38,045 nt of DNA from the NCBI GenBank assembly GCA_039589355.1, contig JBDHHM010000001.1, forward strand, positions 1 through 38,045, read 5' to 3'. The DNA is from Gemmatimonadota bacterium (GTDB lineage: Bacteria; Gemmatimonadota; Gemmatimonadetes; Palauibacterales; KS3-K002). Below, piece by piece: positions 19,751 through 29,018 of this stretch. How positions within the stretch are numbered: the first letter of the stretch is position 1; each line of letters starts with the position of its first letter. The position numbers and the translations under genes were made by a program. The notes beneath the pieces are model-generated. The model saw only the letters and a list, made by a program, of their open reading frames with translations. It had not been told where the DNA came from and made no database searches.

Positions 19751-19935
19751 TGTTGTAGCTCAATATCCAGTATCCGACATCCAACGACCAGGTGCCCAGG
19801 TACCCTTCAAGACTCAGAGAGCAAGTGCAAACGCCTAGGTCTCACCGGCGGCCTCCATGGCCATTGGATGTTGATCATTGTCGCTCGAGACATTGAGTCC
19901 CATTTGATCATTGGGTGCTGGATACTGGGGTTTGG
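19751..19935 (-). promoter_or_regulatory. low-GC structured leader/promoter region upstream of gatCAB (function unknown)
   Basis: This is the longest non-coding gap in the window and is visibly AT-richer than its flanks. It holds an imperfect 18-nt inverted repeat (19767..19784 and 19911..19928). A competing 10-bp pairing joins 19777..19786 and 19862..19871. TTGATCATTG occurs twice (19871..19880 and 19904..19913). Confidence 0.3.
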
Positions 19936-22218
<2,283 letters not shown>

Positions 22219-22224
22219 AACGCC

Positions 22225-23415
22225 TCAAGTCGTCCGGTCCGATCGCACGACGGGCAGGGTCACGACGAACTCGGCCCCGTCCCGACGCTTACCAAGCACG
22301 ATCGACCCGCCGTGCGTGTCCTCGATGATACGGCGCGTCAGGGTCAGGCCGACGCCCCAGCCACCCTCCTTGCTCGACACGCCCGGCTCGAAGATGTGCT
22401 TGCGCAGCTCGGTCGGCACACCGGGTCCGTCGTCGACGAAGCGGATCATGACACGGCGGTCGTCGTCATCCGGATTGGCGTTCACCGCGATTCGACCTCC
22501 GCGACCCGCGAGTACATCGACGGCGTTCTTGATCAGGTTTTCGAACGCCCACTCGAGCAACACCGGGTTGCCGGCGACCGGCCGCACCTGGGGCGCGACC
22601 TGCACGGTAAGTTCGATGGAGTGCTCGAGGCGCGGGAGCCGGGCCGCGAAGTAACCCTCGAGACGCTGCAGGACCTCCCCGACATCCACGGTGGCCATCC
22701 GGAGACGCCGCCCGATGAGCTCGAAGCGTTGGGCCACTTTGTTGAGCCGCTCGACATCGACCTCGACCTCTCTGGCAATCCGATCCTCGGAGGCTACCGC
22801 GGCACGCTCGTCGGCCGGCATTCTCAGGATCTCGACCCAGCCGGTCAGCGAACTCAGCGGCGTGCTGAGCTGGTGCGCCGACTCCCGCGCCATCGTGGCC
22901 CAAACACGCTCCTGTTCGGCGCGGACGGTCGAGCGGAAGATCCAGGTTGCCGTTAGCACGATGACGATGAGCGTGGCCGCCTGAATCCACGGCACCCAGC
23001 GCAGCCGCTCAACGACCGCCGGCATTCCGAAATGGATCACGCCGATCCCCTCCTCGATTAGCGGATCGTTCCGCTCATCGAGCAGGGCGGCATACTCTAG
23101 AACTCGCCGTGTGCTACCGGGGTCGCTCGGGTCGTGCACGAACGGCAGGTTGCGGGCGGCGTGTATCTGCCCGTCCTCAGCGATCACCACTACCGGCACC
23201 CCCAGTGACTCGATCTCCTCGAGCAGGTCGAACAGGACCACGAAGCTCTCCCGATCGGGATCGCTCACGCCCTGCAACACCTGGGCGTACATGCGCGACA
23301 GCGCCGCGGCGTCGACGTTGACGGCGCTCACGAGCTGACGAGTGTAAACCAGGTACCAGGCTAGAACAGCCCCGAAAAGCAAAGAGAGTACCGCGGCCCA
23401 GAAACGAGCTTTCAC
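22225..23415 (-). CDS. sensor histidine kinase (two TM helices, periplasmic loop, HisKA + HATPase_c), no adjacent response regulator
   Basis: 396 aa. H-box ESAHQLSTPLSSLTGWVEIL, N-box ENLIKNAVD, G-boxes DDGPGV and GWGVGL. The GTG start overlaps the serS stop (GTGA). Confidence 0.9.
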   Translation of the reverse strand: MKARFWAAVLSLLFGAVLAWYLVYTRQLVSAVNVDAAALSRMYAQVLQGVSDPDRESFVVLFDLLEEIESLGVPVVVIAEDGQIHAARNLPFVHDPSDPGSTRRVLEYAALLDERNDPLIEEGIGVIHFGMPAVVERLRWVPWIQAATLIVIVLTATWIFRSTVRAEQERVWATMARESAHQLSTPLSSLTGWVEILRMPADERAAVASEDRIAREVEVDVERLNKVAQRFELIGRRLRMATVDVGEVLQRLEGYFAARLPRLEHSIELTVQVAPQVRPVAGNPVLLEWAFENLIKNAVDVLAGRGGRIAVNANPDDDDRRVMIRFVDDGPGVPTELRKHIFEPGVSSKEGGWGVGLTLTRRIIEDTHGGSIVLGKRRDGAEFVVTLPVVRSDRTT

Positions 23416-24692
23416 ACCGGCTCGATTCGCGTGCCACCCACGTACGGGTGCAGCACTTCAGGAAGGTCCACGCTCCCGTCATCGCTCTGGAAGTTCTCGA
23501 GGATGGCGATCACGGTACGTGGAATCGCGAGGCCCGAGCCGTTGAGGGTGTGCACGAACTCCGGCTTGGCACCGCGGTCGCGTCGGAAACGGATACCAGC
23601 ACGCCGTGCCTGGTAGTCGGTGCAGTTCGAGCACGACGAGACCTCGAGCCAGCGTTCGACACCAGGCGACCACACTTCGAGATCATAGGTCATCGAACTC
23701 GACTGCGCTATGTCGCCAGCCGCGAGAAGGACCACTCTGTAGGGAAGGCCGAGCAGCTGCAGGATCTTCTCGGCGTGGCCGGTCAAGACTTCCAAGGCCG
23801 CCTCCGAGTCCTCGGGGCGCTCGAAGCGGACAAGCTCGACCTTGTCGAACTGGTGGATGCGAAGCACCCCGCGCGTGTCACGGCCGGCGGCGCCGGCCTC
23901 GCGCCGGAAGCAGGCGGTGTACGCCACGTAGTGGCGCGGCAGATCCCCTGGGCTCAGCACTTCACCCCCATGAAGGTTCGTAAGCGGAACTTCGGCCGTC
24001 GGTATCAACCAGAGATCATCACCACCGATGTGATAGGCGTCGTCGGCCAGCTTCGGCAGCTGGCCCGTTCCCCGCATCGTCTCGCTCCGCACCAGGTACG
24101 GCGGTTGGACCTCGACGTACCCATGCTCTTTACGGTGCACGTCGATCATGAGGTTGATCAGCGCCCGCTGCAGGGCGGCGCCGGCGCCCATGTATACGGG
24201 GAAACCGGTGCCGGACAGCTTCGCACCACGCTCCAGATCGAGGATCCCCAGGTCGGCGCCGAGATCCCAGTGTGGCTTCCGCCAGGCCGCCGGCTCGATC
24301 GGCTCGCCCCAGGACCGGATGTGGCGGTTGGCCGACTCATCGCCGGCGGGGACAGGCGGCAGCGGCGTATTGGGGATCTCGAGGAGGAGTTCTTCGATCC
24401 TGGTCTCGCCGGCACCGAGCTGCGCGTCGTATTCTCCGATGCTGGCGGCGACGTCGCGCATCTCCGCGATCAGCGTCGAAGCGTCTTCGCCCGCCTTCTT
24501 CCGTTCAGCGATTACCTTGGAGGCCTCGTTGCGACGTGCTTTCAGCTCTTCGACGGTCTGGATGGTCCGGCGCCGCTCCTCATCGAGCTGCAGGACCTCG
24601 TCGACGTAGCCAGTCAGTTCGGAATCCGCTCGTTTCGCGAGCGCATCCTTCACCGCGTCGGTCTCGAAACGGATTCGCTTCAGGTCGAGCAT
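23412..24692 (-). CDS. serS: serine--tRNA ligase
   Basis: 426 aa. N-terminal coiled coil MLDLKRIR...VDEVLQLDEERR. Class II motifs FRREAGAAGRDTRGVLRIHQFDKVE and TLNGSGLAIPRT. Confidence 0.97.
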   Translation of the reverse strand: MLDLKRIRFETDAVKDALAKRADSELTGYVDEVLQLDEERRRTIQTVEELKARRNEASKVIAERKKAGEDASTLIAEMRDVAASIGEYDAQLGAGETRIEELLLEIPNTPLPPVPAGDESANRHIRSWGEPIEPAAWRKPHWDLGADLGILDLERGAKLSGTGFPVYMGAGAALQRALINLMIDVHRKEHGYVEVQPPYLVRSETMRGTGQLPKLADDAYHIGGDDLWLIPTAEVPLTNLHGGEVLSPGDLPRHYVAYTACFRREAGAAGRDTRGVLRIHQFDKVELVRFERPEDSEAALEVLTGHAEKILQLLGLPYRVVLLAAGDIAQSSSMTYDLEVWSPGVERWLEVSSCSNCTDYQARRAGIRFRRDRGAKPEFVHTLNGSGLAIPRTVIAILENFQSDDGSVDLPEVLHPYVGGTRIEPV

Positions 24693-24707
24693 GTTCGGTT
24701 CGATCGG

Positions 24708-25292
24708 CTAGTTGGAGATGCCGGGGGTGACGTTAATATCGTCGCAGTTGGGGTTCCAGAGCACACGGAACTGCACGCGTACGGGATCGCCCCAGATAGA
24801 GTCCACGACCAGCTTCGCGAAGACGTGGCAGGGCAAACCGAGCGTTGGGTCGGTCCGACTGCGGATACCGTACGTAGTTCCCACCGTCGCAGGCAACGGC
24901 TCCTCGAGCTCATAGGCCTCCTCGTCGGGCGGCAGCAACTCGACGTCCTCGAAGTCGACCGGCATAACCCTGATGCCGGTGGACGGCTCGATGCCGTCGA
25001 AGAAGCCGCGCGGCACCCAGGCGGGCTCGCCATCGATGAGGGCGAAGGCGATATCCCACTGCACGGTGTCGTCCACGCGCGTGACGCGAGGGGTCCTGAA
25101 CCCGCGACCGGCCACGACGTCGAGGGCGTTCGCGCGGTCGAGCGGGCCATCCACGAGATCGATGAGCTGCTCCTCAAAAGGAGTTATCGGACGCGGGATT
25201 TCCCTGTTCACCTCATCACCGCAGGCGACGAGCCCCAAGGCGAGCGTCAGGACCAGCGCGACGTGACTACGTAGATGATCGAAGTTCTCCAT
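24708..25292 (-). CDS. hypothetical lipoprotein
   Basis: 194 aa. Signal peptide with lipobox (VALVLTLALGLVAC-G). I recognise no family. The coding call rests on position and ORF length, and the sequence looks like real non-repetitive protein. Confidence 0.55.
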   Translation of the reverse strand: MENFDHLRSHVALVLTLALGLVACGDEVNREIPRPITPFEEQLIDLVDGPLDRANALDVVAGRGFRTPRVTRVDDTVQWDIAFALIDGEPAWVPRGFFDGIEPSTGIRVMPVDFEDVELLPPDEEAYELEEPLPATVGTTYGIRSRTDPTLGLPCHVFAKLVVDSIWGDPVRVQFRVLWNPNCDDINVTPGISN

Positions 25293-25354
25293 GGTGATGG
25301 GGCAACCTTACGTGAGCGGAGGTTGACTGTCAAGCGGCGAACCCTAGACCACGC

Positions 25355-25383
25355 TTGACTTTGTAGGCCCCGGCAGGTAGAAT
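25355..25383 (+). promoter_or_regulatory. sigma-70-type promoter of the Roadblock/sugar-nucleotide operon
   Basis: TTGACT (25355..25360), a 17-nt spacer, then TAGAAT (25378..25383). This is about 40 nt upstream of ATG 25423. An AGGAA SD lies 5 nt before the ATG. Confidence 0.55.
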
Positions 25384-25422
25384 GGCCGCACTCCCCCGTA
25401 CCCACCAGACCGTAGGAACCGG

Positions 25423-25776
25423 ATGCCAACGCTCAAAGATCTTCTCGTTCGTCTGTCGAGCCGCTCCGAGGTGGAAGCCGTATTCGCCGTCGGCCAGGAC
25501 GGGCTGCTGATCGACCAGATCGGGTCCGCCGGTAGCGACGCGGACGCCGTCTCCGCCATGGCGCCAACCCTCCTGCAGAGCGCGCGGGACCTGGGTTCCG
25601 CCGCAGACCACAACGGGTTGGTCACCGCGGTGGTGGAGTACGCCAACGGAGTGGCGATCGTCACCGACGTGCCCCCTGAGATGATTCTCGTGACTTTCGT
25701 CAAGGGGGGTGTTCCATTCGGCGGCCTCTTGTACGAACTGCGGCATAACCGCGATCAGATCGCGAAACTCGTCTGA
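25423..25776 (+). CDS. Roadblock/LC7 (MglB-like) domain protein
   Basis: 117 aa. VEAVFAVGQDGLLIDQIG...DAVSAMAPTLLQSA...GLVTAVVEYANGVAIVTDVPPEMILVTFV fits the Robl_LC7 pattern. Confidence 0.75.
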   Translation: MPTLKDLLVRLSSRSEVEAVFAVGQDGLLIDQIGSAGSDADAVSAMAPTLLQSARDLGSAADHNGLVTAVVEYANGVAIVTDVPPEMILVTFVKGGVPFGGLLYELRHNRDQIAKLV

Positions 25777-25816
25777 CGGCCGCCCCAACGCTCAACCCAT
25801 CGCGGCAGGTTCCGGC

Positions 25817-26884
25817 GTGAGCGAGAATGCCCGCTTTGAACGCTGGGTAGTCCTGTTGGCAGGCGGTATCGGGTCGCGATTCTGGCCGGCCAGCACGCCG
25901 CGCCGCCCGAAGCAGTTCTTACCGCTCGCCAGCAGCCGCCCATTGATCGTCGACACCGTGGAACGCGCCCGGGCGCTGACCGACGCGTCGCGCGTGCTGA
26001 TCGTAGCCGGTGAGCACCTGCGCCCGCATTTGGAGAGCCACCTCCCTGACCTCGCACGTGAACAGCTGCTCCTCGAGCCGCAGGCTAAAGGCACAGCCCC
26101 GGCTTTGGCCTGGGCGGCCAGCGAGGTCATCGCCCGCGCCGAGCAGCCCGAGCGAGCCGTGATGGTGTCACTCCATTCGGACCACGTGATCCGCCCGCTC
26201 GATGATTTCATCTCGACCCTGGACGTCGCCGTCGATGCCGCCGGCGATGCGGGCCGCCTGCTCACTGTCGGCATTCAACCTGCGCGGCCGGAGACCGGTT
26301 ACGGTTATATCGAGGTGGGCGACCCGCTGACGCCGGGGGTCTACGAAGTGCGACGGTTCGTCGAGAAGCCCGATCGCGAGACCGCGACTGGCTACCTCGC
26401 ACAGGGTGGCTTCCTCTGGAACTCGGGGATGTTCGTGTGGCGACCGCAGGTACTGCTCGCCGAGCTTGACGCCCACACACCCGAGTTCGCCGGCATGCTC
26501 GAGCGCCTGGCCGAAGGTGAGATAGACGAGTTCTTCGCGCACGTCCCGACGCTGAGTATCGACCGCGGTCTCATGGAGCGCAGCCCGAACATCGCGGTCG
26601 TCGAAGCCGGGTTCGAGTGGGACGACGTCGGTGCCTGGGCGGCGTTGCTCCGCGTCCGCGAGCGAGACGCACATGGCAACCTGCTGATCGGTGACGCTCA
26701 CGCGGTCGACTGTGAGGACAGCCTGATATGGGCGGAGGACGGCCCGGTTGTGGCCTACGGCGCCTCCGATCTGGTCATCGTACGTGCCTCGGGGATCACC
26801 TTCATCACCCCGCGCGAGCGGGCCCTCGACCTCAAGCAACTGCTTGAAGGCCTGCCTGACAGTCTCCGATCGGGGAGCCACTGA
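25817..26884 (+). CDS. mannose-1-phosphate guanylyltransferase-like nucleotidyltransferase (no cupin/PMI domain)
   Basis: I chose the GTG at 25817; the track ORF upstream of it overlaps the Roadblock gene. VVLLAGGIGSRFWPASTPRRPKQFLPL, GYGYIE, FVEKPD and LWNSGMFVW are typical ManC/NTP_transferase motifs. Confidence 0.82.
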   Translation: MSENARFERWVVLLAGGIGSRFWPASTPRRPKQFLPLASSRPLIVDTVERARALTDASRVLIVAGEHLRPHLESHLPDLAREQLLLEPQAKGTAPALAWAASEVIARAEQPERAVMVSLHSDHVIRPLDDFISTLDVAVDAAGDAGRLLTVGIQPARPETGYGYIEVGDPLTPGVYEVRRFVEKPDRETATGYLAQGGFLWNSGMFVWRPQVLLAELDAHTPEFAGMLERLAEGEIDEFFAHVPTLSIDRGLMERSPNIAVVEAGFEWDDVGAWAALLRVRERDAHGNLLIGDAHAVDCEDSLIWAEDGPVVAYGASDLVIVRASGITFITPRERALDLKQLLEGLPDSLRSGSH

Positions 26885-26887
26885 GCC

Positions 26888-28093
26888 GTGTCGCGCCCCG
26901 GACTCATCGTCTTCGACGATCTCCAAGCCCAACGCTGGGAGCCTTTCGCCCTGACGCGACCGGCGGGCGAACTGCTGTTTGGCGCCGAGAAGCTGGCTGA
27001 ACGCGCGGGGCGCGTACTCGGCCTCGATGTCGTCGGCTACCTGAGCTCCGGACATCTGGTCGACTTCAGCGAGACGGGCTCGCCGGGCGTCCTGGGTCTC
27101 GACCGCCTCCCGGAACGGAACCTGCTCTTCTGGTGCTCACGGGCGGTTCCCGAGAGCGGCCCAGAGGTCGCTGTGCCGACGGTCCCAGCGGTCTACCTGA
27201 TCGACGAGCGGCCGGTGGGCCTCTGCCTGCCGGCAGGGCAGCGGCCGGATCAGGGGTTCCTCAGCGAGCTGCGCCTCGGTTCAGAGCCGGGTACCCGGGT
27301 CTCCGTCCAGGGCCGGTTACTGGAGTGGATGTGGGACCTGCTGGCAGACGGTTCCGAACAGCTGGTTCGCGACCTGGCGGGAACGGCGCAGGCGTCCGAC
27401 GTTCCCGACGGCGTCTATCGCGAGGGAAAGCACGGCGTGATCCTCTCCCCGAACGTTCGTATCGAGCCGGGAGCGTTGCTCGACACTCGGGAGGGACCGA
27501 TCCGCCTCGGCGACGGTGTCGAGGTCCGCACGGGCACGCGCCTCGCGGGGCCTGCAGCGGTGGGCGAGGGCTCGCGCCTGCTCGGCGGCTCGTTCGAGCG
27601 AATCGTCGCCGGGCCCTATTCGCACTTGCAGGGCGAGATAACGGACTGCGTGATACTGGGGTACACGAACAAGGCTCACCAAGGCTATCTCGGCCACTCC
27701 TACGTCGGGAAGTGGGTCAACCTGGGTGCTCTGACGACCAACAGCGACCTAAAAAACAACTACCGCCCCGTCCGCGTCTGGACGCCCGGCGGCGTGCAGG
27801 ACACCGGCAGCCTCAAGATCGGTTGCTTCCTCGGCGATCACGTGAAGACCGGGATCGGGCTGCTGCTGGGCACTGGCACCGTGGTGGGTGCCGGCAGTAA
27901 TCTATACGGGAGCGCTATGCCGCCCCGCTACGTGGAACCGTTCAGCTGGGGCGAAGGCGACGATCTGGGTGAGTATCGCCTGGCCAAGTTCCTGGATACG
28001 GCGGAACGGTCGATGGCCAGGCGCAGCGTTGAACTGGGCGAGCGCGGGCGGCGATACTTGGAGAGCTGCTGGCGTAAAGGGCGGGGTGGATGA
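26888..28093 (+). CDS. hexapeptide-repeat (left-handed beta-helix) putative sugar nucleotidyltransferase/acyltransferase
   Basis: 401 aa. N-terminus LIVFDD...WEPFALTRPAGELLFG resembles the 'putative sugar nucleotidyl transferase' family common in FCB-group bacteria. The C-terminal half has hexapeptide repeats (IEPGALLD...IRLGDGVEVRTGTRLAG...VGEGSRLLG...IGCFLGDHVKTGIG). Confidence 0.72.
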   Translation: MSRPGLIVFDDLQAQRWEPFALTRPAGELLFGAEKLAERAGRVLGLDVVGYLSSGHLVDFSETGSPGVLGLDRLPERNLLFWCSRAVPESGPEVAVPTVPAVYLIDERPVGLCLPAGQRPDQGFLSELRLGSEPGTRVSVQGRLLEWMWDLLADGSEQLVRDLAGTAQASDVPDGVYREGKHGVILSPNVRIEPGALLDTREGPIRLGDGVEVRTGTRLAGPAAVGEGSRLLGGSFERIVAGPYSHLQGEITDCVILGYTNKAHQGYLGHSYVGKWVNLGALTTNSDLKNNYRPVRVWTPGGVQDTGSLKIGCFLGDHVKTGIGLLLGTGTVVGAGSNLYGSAMPPRYVEPFSWGEGDDLGEYRLAKFLDTAERSMARRSVELGERGRRYLESCWRKGRGG

Positions 28094-28953
28094 CCTTCCG
28101 GGCGCATGTTCTGGGTAGCGGCAGTCGCGGCAACTCAATCCTTCTCGAGACCTCCGAAACACGCATTATCGTCGACGCCGGCTTCAGCGGCCGGCAAATA
28201 GAGCGGCGCCTGGCCGCCGTCGAGGTAGCGCCCGACAGCATCGCAGCACTGTTCATCACGCACGAGCACCGGGATCACACGCAGGGGATGGGTGTGATCG
28301 CCCGCCGCTGGAAGGTTCCCGTATACATCGCCCGTGCCACGGCGACCTCCTGCTCCACCCTGCTCGGCGGCGACGAGGATCTCCGCTTCTATCGTGCAGG
28401 CCAAGCGGTCGACCTGGGCGACCTGCGCGTCGAGCCGTTCCTGACCTGTCACGATGCCATCGATCCGGTAGCGGTGACGGTGAAGCAACGTTCGAGCGGT
28501 CTGAAGGTCGGAATCGCGACCGACCTGGGCACGCCGACGGTCTCGGTGCGTCACGCCCTCAAGCGCTGCGACCTGCTCATCCTGGAGGCCAACCACGACG
28601 AGGTGATGCTCCGCACCGGCCCCTACCCCTGGTCGCTGAAGAGCCGCATCGCGGGGCGCCACGGCCATCTGTCTAACCGGGCCGCGGCGATCCTCGGTAC
28701 CGAGCTCCACCATCCGGAGCTGGCAGGTGTGGTCCTCGCGCACCTAAGCCAGGAGTGCAACGAGCCCGAACTTGCTGCCGAGGTTGTCGGTGAAGCTCTG
28801 CAGAGGAAGGGTTACGCCGCTCCGCTACGCGTGGCGGCCCAGGATGAGCCGCTGGCCGGACTTAACGTCACCGAGATGGCTGCAGCCGTCCGCTCGCCGC
28901 AGCTGAAGCTGTGGGAGTCGGGGGTTACGGCATTCGGGGACTCGGGGATCTGA
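28090..28953 (+). CDS. MBL-fold metallo-hydrolase
   Basis: 287 aa. LGSGSRGNS...ILVDAGFS...ALFITHEHRDHTQG (HxHxDH motif), then EANHD and GHLSN. ATGA overlap with the upstream stop. The last ~8 codons lie in the octamer repeat. Confidence 0.85.
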   Translation: MTFRAHVLGSGSRGNSILLETSETRIIVDAGFSGRQIERRLAAVEVAPDSIAALFITHEHRDHTQGMGVIARRWKVPVYIARATATSCSTLLGGDEDLRFYRAGQAVDLGDLRVEPFLTCHDAIDPVAVTVKQRSSGLKVGIATDLGTPTVSVRHALKRCDLLILEANHDEVMLRTGPYPWSLKSRIAGRHGHLSNRAAAILGTELHHPELAGVVLAHLSQECNEPELAAEVVGEALQRKGYAAPLRVAAQDEPLAGLNVTEMAAAVRSPQLKLWESGVTAFGDSGI

Positions 28954-29018
28954 GGAATCCAACCGCCATTCCCCAAATCCCCGAATCCCCGAATCCCCGA
29001 ATCCCCGAATCCCTAGTT
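28932..29018. repeat. inverted arrays of an 8-bp tandem repeat (ATTCGGGG-type x3, then CCCCGAAT x5-6) forming a long hairpin; probable bidirectional terminator
   Basis: 28932..28955 reads ATTCGGGG ACTCGGGG ATCTGAGG. 28971..29018 reads CCCCAAAT CCCCGAAT CCCCGAAT CCCCGAAT CCCCGAAT CCCTAGTT. The arms can form an 18-bp helix (one mismatch in the plus sense, G.U in the minus sense). The array lies exactly between convergent stops (TGA 28951..28953 and TAG 29013..29015). Confidence 0.8.

Noticed and set aside
19751-19935. The intergenic element considered as 6S RNA, a T-box leader or a MITE
   Set aside because: 6S RNA: only the terminal helix is present, and the interior does not fold into the required rod with a central bubble. 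T-box: there is no convincing AGAGA/GNUGGNA or T-box (GGGUGGUACCGCG-like) sequence. MITE: there are imperfect 18-20-nt inverted repeats but no visible target-site duplication and no second copy in the window. It is left as an unclassified structured leader.
23448-25274. 608-aa plus-strand ORF, the longest unannotated ORF in the track
   Set aside because: It lies entirely antisense to serS and the lipoprotein gene. Its product is Arg/Gly/Ala/Leu/Val-rich with no recognisable motif. serS on the other strand is unambiguous. It is a typical high-GC shadow ORF.
28971-29018. Tandem repeats considered as a possible CRISPR array or coding repeat (ORF 28911..29366 reads ...IPQIPESPNPRIPES...)
   Set aside because: The units are only 8 bp with no spacers, and no cas genes are nearby. 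The ORF crossing them is antisense to rseP. I treat it as a simple-sequence hairpin instead.
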